Shown here piece after piece: positions 53,901-64,000 of a stretch of DNA of 64,000 nt. The stretch's first letter is position 1, and each line of letters begins with the position of its first letter. A program made the translations under genes and the position numbers. The notes under the pieces are model-generated. The model had not been told where the DNA came from, searched no databases, and saw nothing but the letters and a program-made list of their open reading frames with translations. Origin of the DNA: Antedon mediterranea (taxonomy: Eukaryota > Animalia > Echinodermata); contig NC_092671.1 in assembly GCF_964355755.1 (NCBI RefSeq), positions 13,702,001 through 13,766,000 of the forward strand, given 5' to 3'.

Positions 53901-54678
53901 GTTCCAGTGTAGCATGTAGCACAGCTACACGTGTATGCAGTACACGAACCAGAAACCTGGACACAAGCAGCTCCATTTTGACAAGCATTATTGGAACAAG
54001 CATTTAGGCCTAATACTGAAATAGGAAATAAATTATACTTTAATTTCTCTTGAATTACTTGATACGTGAATAGAATTCCATCTGCTTTTAAACTTACATG
54101 TTTCACAGAACTGTCCAGTGTAGCACGATGGACAGCTACACGTGTAAGCAGTACAGGAACCAGCAACCTGGACACAACCAGCTCCATTTTGACAAGCATT
54201 ATTAGTACAAGCATTTAATACTTAAATATTAAATAAATTACAATTTACTTTCTGTTGATTTACTTGGTATGTAAATAGAATTCCATCTGCTCTTTGTGCT
54301 GCTTTTAAACTTACATGTTTCAGAGAACTGTCCAGTGTAGCAAGACGAATTTGACTTTATAATATAGACTAATGGATAAAGGGGAATTAAAAGATGCTCC
54401 AGCTCAAACAGGGGTACGATCGGACTTGCGGTTTCGGAAGAGATAGAGGAACAAATTTTGGCTTAGTGCTATTATAATATAGATTTTACTGTCCCTTGAT
54501 TTACTTGGTACGTGAATAAAATGTCATCTGCTTTTTGTGCTGCTTTTAAACTTACATGTTTCACAGAACTGTCCAGTGTAGCAGGATGGACAGCTACACG
54601 TGTAAGCAGTACAGGAACCAGAAACCTGGACACAAGCAGCTCCATTCTGACAGGCATTATTGGAACAAGCATTTAATA
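44995..54678 (-). CDS. Gene B: 30 tandem 123-nt (two are 129-nt) 8-Cys EGF-like exons
   Basis: Each has cag (some aag) acceptor and gtaagt donor, phase 1-1; first 44995-45117, last ~54556-54678. Consensus LNAC(S/T)NNACQNGA(A/G)CVQV(S/A)GSCT(A/L)YTCSC(PS/AT)CYTG(Q/T)FCET. No stop codons seen. Confidence 0.88.
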
Positions 54679-55014
54679 CTGAAATATTAAATAAATTATA
54701 TTTTACTTTCCCCTGATTTACTTGGCACTTTAATAGAATTTCTTTGCTGCCCATGGCACTCTTCAATTTTCACATATTGTATTGCATCCTTGATCGATTT
54801 TATTTTTGGTAGTGGGGAAATGCAAAGGATTGCCAAACGCAATGTTAGGCAGTTGCAAAAAATTGGTCTAAAAAACACACTTTCGTACAAATTTGACTTT
54901 ACAATATAGACTAATGGATAAAGGGGAATTAAAAGGTGCCCCAGCTCGAATAGGGGTACTATCGGACTTGTCGTTTGGGAGGAGATAGAGGAACAAATTT
55001 GGGCTTAGTGCTAT
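46245..55014. repeat. ~1.42-kb higher-order repeat (4 EGF exons, 1 truncated exon, 2 Helitron-like inserts per unit), about 6 units; resumes after 62481
   Basis: Homologous ORFs at 47372, 48790, 50209, 51626, 53049, 54472 (periods 1418, 1419, 1417, 1423, 1423); basic monomers of 205 and 217 bp. Confidence 0.95.
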
Positions 55015-55476
55015 TGTTACATGGCAAGAAAACCAGGCCCTCTAGAGTTAGAAAATCAGGCCCTCTATAACAAAAATTGAGAGAGGTCATTTGGGAGAGT
55101 TCAGGGAGACATGTGTTATTGGGTTGCTGGCCTGTTTTTGTTAAGGGATTGCTGTTTGGTTTTGTTGTTTTCGTAAGATGTTTAAAGTTAAATTAAAAAG
55201 AACAGTTATTTAGAATTAAACCGTGGTTAACCATTAACAAGGAACTGATGATTATCCAGTAGATGATTAAAGGAATATAAGATCGTTTACAATTAAAGAG
55301 AACATATGTGTTAATCCGCTGTTTTTGTTGATTCATATTGTGTACGGGGATACTAAATTCACTTTGGAAAAATATCGTTGAACTATTGTGTTGAGATGTC
55401 CTGGAAACCTGTGGAAAATCTGGCGATCCTGCCAGGACATCTCTAGGAATTGAATAAGAAAAGAAAAGCGAAGAAC

Positions 55477-56658
55477 ATGGAATTAGAAACTCTAGAGAGA
55501 GAGTTACGTAGTACACCTTACCTTCTAACTGTAGAACAAGTAAAAGAAGTGGCACGGTATCTTAAGCTAGAAGGAATGGATGACAAAACGAAACGCATTG
55601 TTTTAAAGGCAATCAATACATTTTTAGATGGCGATGAGGTAGATGCAATGGAGGATAAAGGACTAGCACTGTTGACGGGCATGCATGAACTAATAATTGG
55701 TGGATTCGAGGCACCAGGAGAGGAGATCGAAGTGGCAGTAAATCAGGTGACGTCTGCAGGGAGTGAGAGACCAGTGCCAGAGAACAAGGGCTTGGGTGCT
55801 TTCCCATGGGGCAGACGTGATCTGAAGCTAAGTAGACAGATTGGGGCACCCGGACAGGCAGGGAAGCTGACCTTTAACAGTCTCGCCATGCAAATTGAAG
55901 ATGCAGTCCAAAAAGGGTATACCTCCAGAGAGATTTTGGTTGCCGCTACGAAGTTACCTGGAAGGGAGAATTGATATAAAATTGCCACAGTTGCGAAGAA
56001 TTCTAAGGGCTCATTATAAGGAACGAGATGCGATGGACTTGTATCAAGAACTAGCATCGCTTCGAAAATCTGAAGCAACACAGGATTTTGTTATGCGTGC
56101 GATGAGCCTTCGTCAACGGGTCACTTTTGCATCTCAGGAAGATCAATCAACCCTAAAATATGATGCGGATTTAGTACAAATACCTTCATCCAAACATTGA
56201 AGACTGGCTTGCCAGAGAGATTGAGAAGTGAAATGAATCCGTATCTTACACCGAAAATTACCGATGAAGATCTTCTAGAAAGATTAGCCATTGTGGAGAA
56301 TCTAGAAGAAAGACGGTCTCAGAAAAGTAAAACGTGCATCAGTGCTGCTTCTGTTGCAGCAGATGGACAGCAGGATGAGATACAATTGTTGATAAAAGGA
56401 ATGAAGACACTACAGGCTAATGTGTCGGTACTTCAACAAGTGGTACGACAGAACACTGAGACTGCATCCCTTTCAATGGTGCAGCAGAGAACTGAAAGAA
56501 AGACTAGAGAAAGGGGTTGTGATGTATGCAAACAGAATAAGAAAGGGGCGGAGTGTAGACATTGTTTTAAGTGCGGTGGATCCAACCATTTTGCCAGGAG
56601 CTGTAGGAGCCAGGGAAATGGACCAAGGTCAATCCAGCGGGACGGGGAGAGACCATAG
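55477..56658 (+). pseudogene. gag: Gypsy gag, frameshifted
   Basis: Three overlapping ORF pieces; zinc knuckle CFKCGGSNHFARSC. Confidence 0.85.
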
Positions 56659-56699
56659 ACACAGACAGGTCCCCCAAACAAAATACCAGTAACAAGCTC

Positions 56700-59600
56700 T
56701 TGGAATGTAATAGTCGTCAGGTCAGCCATCTTACACCAAGACAACATCAACAAATTGTCAAGCTTATCGGTAACAAGTGTATCATCAAATGCAAAATAAA
56801 CGGCGGTGTGGTAGAAGCTTTATTTGACACAGGGTCACAAGTTTCTATAGTGTCACAGAAATGGTGGTTAACCCAGTTTCCTAATTTGCCACTACGGGAT
56901 TTAAAAGAACTGTTGGAGTCAGATCTTAAACTGTCAGCAGCTAATGGAACAGAAATTCCGTACCTAGGATGGTTAGCACTTAAGTTTGAATTATTACCAA
57001 CAGAAAAGCAATCAACATTATCCACTTTAGTACCTGTCTTGGTAACCGAAGATAATTTGCTACATCCAATCATTGGGTATAATGTCATCAGAGAGATTAT
57101 CCAGCATACTGAGGGACCAGAATTAAAGCAGGCCATAAGTACATCTTTCCCAAAATGTCATCACATTACAACAGAAAGATTAATATCCAAAATCCGAACG
57201 TCAGACCCTACAGACTTTTGTGAAATAAATTCTGGACACACTTTACATAAAATTCCAGCCAAGCAAACTAACATCATTAAAGTGAGAGCAAGAACAGGAA
57301 AGATACAAAAGAAAATGATGGTTTTATTTGAACCACATCCAGAACATTCTTTACCTGACGGACTGGAATTAGCTGAAACCATTGTAGACTTAAAACAAGG
57401 ATTCTGTTCACATATTAGTATCCAAGTCACCAACAGGACTGACAGAACACTGATTATCCCAAAGAAGACTCATACAACTAGTGACAGCAGTATATCATGG
57501 CAGATTGGACACTAAAAGTAATACAGTCAACGAGGATAATCCCATGAGAAATGTGCAGAAAGCTGCTACTAGTGTAGAGATGAACCCAGGAAGTACTGAT
57601 TGGATATCTAAAATTAACTTCAACCATTTAAATGATAACCAACGAACATTGGTTGAAAAGATGTTGCAAGATGAGTCTAACAGTTTCAGTCAACATGACC
57701 GAGATATGGGTTCAATACCGAGTCTTGAAATGAAAATTAACCTAACCGACAACATACCAGTACAGAAAACCTATCAATCTATACCCAGACCTCTCTTTCA
57801 AGAAGTAAAAGAATATCTTCGAGAACTGATCGACCAAGGCTGGATAGTAAAATCCGAATCACCATATGCTTCACCAGTAGTTTGTGTGCGAAAAAAAGAT
57901 GGAGGACTACGGCTATGCATGGACTATAGAGACCTAAATCGGAAGACCATACCAGATTGTCAACCCATCCCCCGAATACAAGATGTGCTCGACAGTCTTG
58001 GGGGAAATATGTGGTTTAGTACATTGGACCAAGGCAAGGCATACCACCAGGGATATATGCACCCAGATAGTCGTCCACTCACTGCTGTTGTCACTCCCTG
58101 GGGTTTACATGAATGGGTGCGAGTCCCTTTTGGATTGAAGAATGCCCCATGCATATCAGAGGTGTATGGAGGACGCTTTAGATGGTCTAAATCATAGAAT
58201 TTGTGAAGTGTATCTAGACGACATTATTGTTTACGGAAACACCTTTGAGAACCATATGAGCAATCTAAAGGAAGTGCTTCGACGGGTTCAAGAAAATGGA
58301 ATGAAACTAAAACCAACTAAATGTCATCTATTTCAATCGGAAGTCAAATACTTGTCAAATTATTAGCCAGGAAGGGTACAGACCGGATCCTAAGGATACC
58401 GAGGCGCTCAATACACTCAAAACAAAAGTTCCACAGACGGTAGGCGAAGTAAGGAAACTCTTAGGGTTCACGGGATACTATAGACGCTACTTAAGAGATT
58501 ACTCAAAGAGGGCGAAACCCCTATTCGTGTTACTAACACAAGCTGGAAGTTTAAAGAAAAATCATAAGAGGAACAAAAAAAGACAAGCTAAACAGAAAAA
58601 CAACAAGGACAAGGGACAAGTTCCATCATCCACTCCAATAACTTGGTGCCCAGAATATCAACAAATTATAGATGGGTTTATTGATGAGTTAAGCCAAGCC
58701 CCAATCATGGCATTTCCTGATTTTGAGAAACCCTTTGAACTTCATACAGATGCCTCTCAGGATGGACTTGGGGCTGTGCTGTACCAAAGTCAGAATCGAA
58801 CTTTGAGAGTTATAGGCTATGGTTCCCGTTCTTTTTCTCCCGCAGAGAAAAACTATCATCTACATTCTGGTAAGGTAGAATTTCTAGCTCTAAAATGGGC
58901 AATCACCAATCATTTTAGAGACTACCTATCATATGCCAAGTTTTTCACAGTCTACACAGACAACAACCCACTTACGTATATCCTAACAACTGCAAGGTTA
59001 AACGCTGTTGGCCACAGATGGGTAGCGGAGTTGGCTGATTTCAATTTTGAAATAAAATATAGACCAGACACTAGTAATGATGATGCTGACGTTTTGTCTC
59101 GGATGCCAATGACCCCAGCCGATTTTGAGAAGTGCACAGAACTAGTTTAACCTTCAGTTATGAATGCGGTTGTCCAGGGTGTTCAGATTCAGCAGACCAC
59201 GCTTTGCTTATATCAATAATCTGCAAGGGACCGAAATGAGTAACCATGACCAAAACCTCACATCTACTATCAACTTACCTACGTTTTCAAGTGAAGAAAT
59301 ACGAGACACACAAACCAATGATCCAGCTATTTCACGTTTTCAGCAGTATAAAGCAAAAGGCAAATGGCCTTCTAGGAAAGAACGGAAAGATGAAGAGACT
59401 GAAACAAGATTGATGATGCCCGCCCGGGTGGAGTAAAATTAACACTGATAAAAATGGCATCCTCTATAGAAGAACAGCAACTCGGACACAGCTAGTTTTA
59501 CCCAAACAATTAAGACAGATGGTTTTGAAAACACTGCATAATGAGATGGGACACTTAAGCACTAACAGAGTTCTTCAGTTGGTTAGGGATAGGTTCTACT

Positions 59601-60986
59601 GGCCTCGTGCAGAAGCTAGTATCGAACACTACATACCAAAGGAGTGCAGTTGCGTTAAAGATAAAAGACCAGCGAAGATCACACATGCTCAAAATGCAAA
59701 GGTGGTTATGAATACATCCTGGTGGTCATAGATTATTTCACCAGGTTTGCACAGGCCTACCCAACTACCAACAAGTCAGGTAAAACAGTTGCCGACAAGA
59801 TATTCAATGATTTTGTTTTAAAGTTTGGATATCCTTGCCGCGTTCATCACGACCAGGTCGAGAATTTGAAAACACTTTGTTTCGTCGCCTGGAACAACTT
59901 GGAGGAATTAAAGGATCGAGAACAACACTATACCATCCTCAAGGAAATGGACAAGTTGAAAGATTCAACCGAACCTTACTATCCATGCTTCGTACGCTGA
60001 CCACACAGCAGAAGGAGGATTGGAAGTATCATCTCAATAAAGTTATTCATGCTTACAATGTTACACAACACGAGACCACATGTTACTCACCACATTTCTT
60101 ACTGTATGGACGTTCACCTCGACTACCTATTGACCTCGCCTTTTCGTTAACTTCCCCAAATGAAGAGGAACAAGGCACATACAGTGATTACGTCGGAAGG
60201 TGGAAGAAAAGGATGGGAGAGGCCTACAATATTGCGAGAACTGCAAAGAAAAGTAAAACCAGACACGACCAAAATAAGAAACTAAATTTAACCTTGTCAC
60301 CTGGTGACAGGGTATTACTGAAGAACTGTGTTCCTCCTGGTGGTCCGGGAAAACTTCAAAGTTACTATGAAGATACAGTACATGTGGTGGTAACCCAGAA
60401 GCGTAACTTGCCGGTATATGAAGTACGACCAGAACAAGGAGATGGTAGAGTACGAACACTACACAGGAACCTATTATTTCCCTGTGACGCATTGAAAATA
60501 GACTCACCTGAAACAATACCACCTAGAACACAACGTAAACAAGAGAAGACACGATTACATGACCAGAACAAAGTTGCAGAGGAAATCAATAACTCATCAG
60601 ACTCTGAGGATGAAGATGAAATGTTCAGACCAATTCACCAAACACCGACTGAAATATCTTTAGTTCCGGAACCACAGACTCACATTGGTGACCAGATACA
60701 GCTTCCTCGTGAAGAAGTGATTATTCCTGAAGTACCACAAATAAGTGACAGTTACCAGAGGGAAAATAGTGAATTACAAACATCACCATCTGAGGATGAC
60801 CAGTTAAGTCATGCAAGCATCCCTCTAGACCCACCAAACAATGTAGAATGTAATACAGGACGCCCGGCACGTCAACGGCATCCTCCTAGTACATTTAACT
60901 ATGACCAAATGGGCATACCTGCACCACATTGCATGTCAATAATGACTGACACGACTCAACCATTTCACCAACTAAACGTCAGATGA
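56700..60986 (+). pseudogene. pol: Gypsy pol, multiple frameshifts
   Basis: Protease LFDTGSQVS; RT SPYASPVV...LRLCMDYRDLN, YLDD; RNase H HTDAS...YTDNNPL; integrase [23 protein letters not shown]. Confidence 0.92.
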
Positions 60987-62566
60987 TGCAAGGAATTCTT
61001 CCCTTTAATTGTTATGGTAATTATTATTCAAATTATCCTATTTTGAACGACAGACAATTTCCACCGTGAAGAACTTATCAGCCAAATAATACTCACCTAC
61101 AGAACCAGAACTACTACCCAACATTTACTGAATTTTATCCAAACCGACGGTGGTACCCATCACATATGTTATCTAATAGAACAAACCAAGTGATGACGAA
61201 CGGAAACTAACGATTGTAAATAGGTAGGAACCTGTATATAGCGATGAACATTATAAACTGTATTATTGACACTTTTCTTTAAAAAAAAAAGAAAAAAAAA
61301 GAAGTTACTTGAAAATCAGATAATTGAACATTTGAACAGAGTATTGCACTATGCTAACTACATTATACTTGTACTTTAATTGAACGTTAAGAAGACTTTG
61401 TGACAAAGTGCAGCGGCAGCGGGTAAACGATACTATGTGTAGGAAACCAAATGAGTATGTGGTACCTTTGGATTGCATCACAAAGATAATGGATGAGTTA
61501 CAGTTTGAATATGTTACGATTGTCCTTATGGACATGGACAAATACCTACCACTGATGGATGTATCGTTGTTGACGAAGTATAGGGAATATAGGCCTAGCC
61601 CTATTACACATCCCTCCTACACACATGGAATGAGTGTGTGGGAGTTAGGCAACTTGCTATGGACAAGTGGTATGGAACTACATTCCCAGAGTGGCATAAC
61701 CTACTGTAGAAAGTGTTTTGAACGGGAAAGAACATTGCTGGTTGTACAGTAATTGTAAATAACATGAATTCCACAAGATATTGCGATTGAAACACTTGAT
61801 GACTACACATGCTAGAATAATATTTGCTTATTCATAAAGTAATACAAGTTTTCACATATTTTGGACTTGTTATAGCAAAATGAACATTATGGAATTGTAT
61901 TGGTCAGTAGTTAATATTATAAATTTTGTTTTTCGTTCTATTAAAAGTAACTGAGAGAAGTAACTATTGTAACATACTAAGTAAGTTATAGGCATAGTAA
62001 GGCATACATATCTTATGTTCATAGAAATGTAAGATAGAATTGGATATCGGGGACGACATTTCCCTTGTGGGGGGAGTGTGTTACATGGCAAGAAAACCAG
62101 GCCCTCTAGAGTTAGAAAATCAGGCCCTCTATAACAAAAATTGAGAGAGGTCAATTGGGAGAGTTCAGGGAGACATGTGTTATTGGGTTGCTGGCCTGTT
62201 TTTGTTAAAGGATTGCTGTTTGGTTTTGTTGTTTTCGTAAGATGTTTAAAGTTAAATTAAAAAAAACAGTTATTTAGAATTAAACCGTGGTTAACCATTA
62301 ACAAGGAACTGATGATTATCCAGTAGATGATTAAAGGAATATAAGATCGTTTACAATTAAAGAGAACAGATGTGTTAATCCGTTGTTTTTGTTGATTCAT
62401 ATTGTGTACGGGGATACTAAATTCACTTTTGAAAAATATCGTTGAACTATTGTTGAGATGTCCTGGAAACCTGTGTAAATCTATTATAATATAGATTTTA
62501 CTTTCCCTTGATTTACTTGGTACGTGAATAAAATTTCATCTGCTTTTTGTGCTATTTTAAACTTAC

Positions 62567-64000
62567 AAGTTTCACAGAACTGTCCAGTGTAGCAGGACGG
62601 ACAGCTACACGTGTAAGCAGTACAGGAACCAGAAACCTGGACACAAGCAGCTCCATTTTGACAAGCATTATTAGTACAAGCATTTAATACTGAAATATTA
62701 AATAAATTAAAATTTACTTTCTCTTGATATAGCTGGTTCTTAAATACTATTGCATCTGCTTTTTGTGCTGCTTTTAAACTTACATGTTTCACAGAACTGT
62801 CCAGTGTAGCAGGATGGACAGCTACACGTGTATGCAGTACAGGAACCAGAAACCTGGACACAAGCAGCTCCATTTTGACAAGCATTATTAGTACAAGCAT
62901 TTAATACTGAAATATTAAATAAATTAAAATTTACTTTCTCTTGATATAGCTGGTTCTTAAATACTATTTCATCTACATTTTGTGCTGTTTTTAAACTTAC
63001 ATGTTTCACAGAATGTTCCAGTGTAGCATGTAGCACAGCTACACGTGTATGCAGTACACGAACCAGAAACCTGGACACAAGCAGCTCCATTTTGACAAGC
63101 ATTATTAGTACAAGCATTTAATACTGAAATATTAAATAAATTAAAATTTACTTTCTCTTGATATAGCTGGTTCTTAAATACTATTTCATCTACATTTTGT
63201 GCTGTTTTTAAACTTACATGTTTCACAGAATGTTCCAGTGTAGCATGTAGCACAGCTACACGTGTATGCAGTACACGAACCAGAAACCTGGACACAAGCA
63301 GCCCCATTTTGACAAGCATTATTGGAACAAGCATTTAATACTGAAATAGGAAATAAATTATATTTTAATTTCTCTTGAATTACTTGATACGTGAATAGAA
63401 TTCCATCTGCTTTTAAACTTACATGTTTCACAGAACTGTCCAGTGTAGCAAAATGGACAGCTACACGTGTAAGCAGTACAGGAACCAGCAACCTGGACAC
63501 AACCAGCTCCATTTTGACAAGCATTATTAGTACAAGCATTTAATACTGAAATATTAAATAAATTACAATTTACTTTCTGTTGATTTACTTGGTATGTAAA
63601 TAGAATTCCATCTGCTCTTTGTGCTGCTTTTAAACTTACATGTTTCAGAGAACTGTCCAGTGTAGCAAGACGAATTTGACTTTATAATATAGACTAATGG
63701 ATAAAGGGGAATTAAAAGATGCTCCAGCTCAAACAGGGGTACAATCGGACTTGCGGTTTCGGAGGAGATAGAGTAACAAATTGTGGCTTAGTGCTATTAT
63801 AATATAGATTTTACTGTCCCTTGATTTACTTGGTACGTGAATAAAATGTCATCTGCTTTTTGTGCTGCTTTTAAACTTACATGTTTCACAGAACTGTCCA
63901 GTGTAGCAGGATGGACAGCTACACGTGTAAGCAGTACAGGAACCAGAAACCTGGACACAAGCAGCTCCATTCTGACAGGCATTATTGGAACAAGCATTTA
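62567..64000 (-). CDS. Gene B: 8-Cys EGF exon array continues (exons with low ends at ~62567, 62784, 63001, 63218, 63423, 63881) and runs off the right edge
   Basis: Same exon and splice-site consensus as 44995-54678. Confidence 0.88.

Larger units (their letters stand above)
55015..62480 (+). mobile_element. Ty3/Gypsy LTR retrotransposon, full structure but coding-decayed
   Basis: LTRs 55015-55418 and 62079-62480 (about 8 substitutions plus a 2-bp indel by eye). PBS TGGCGATCCTGCCAGGA at 55421 (complement of invertebrate tRNA-Arg ACG 3' end). PPT GGGGGGAG at ~62069. TSD CTAT at 55011-55014 and 62481-62484. Domain order PR-RT-RH-IN. Confidence 0.96.

Noticed and set aside
44914-63997. ORFs beginning MLVPIMLVKMEL / MLVLIMLVKMEL
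   Set aside because: Off-frame readings of the EGF exons running through introns.
44995-64000. CRISPR-like regular repeats
   Set aside because: Units are 123-nt spliceosomal exons and the intervening sequences are themselves repeated, not unique spacers; there are no cas genes and the context is eukaryotic.

Overview
AT-rich animal genomic DNA with spliceosomal GT-AG introns (invertebrate, possibly a deuterostome such as an echinoderm; inference only). The minus strand carries two partial genes in tandem. Gene B (26931 to beyond 64000) is the 3' part of an adhesion GPCR. Read 5' to 3' it has about 36 near-identical 123-nt exons each encoding an 8-cysteine EGF-like module (arranged as a ~1.42-kb higher-order repeat), then one EGF, an Ig-like domain, a SEA-like domain, a HormR-like domain, GAIN/GPS (CDHL|TNFAVLM) and 7TM. 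Gene A (20900 to before position 1) is the 5' part of a probable paralogue: a signal-peptide exon, 15 six-cysteine EGF exons (14 of them in a 7-unit ~2-kb array), and the start of the same 8-Cys EGF array. Introns are packed with transposons: a decayed Gypsy, a small non-coding LTR element, nested LINEs, Helentron/Helitron-like elements, hAT/Kolobok/Harbinger-like MITEs and tRNA-like repeats. The most striking observation is that the window's two different LTR elements sit at the same left junction and orientation in two copies of one Helitron-like terminus (GGCTTAGTGCTAT^TATAATATAGA). Coordinates were read by eye and may be off by a few bases.
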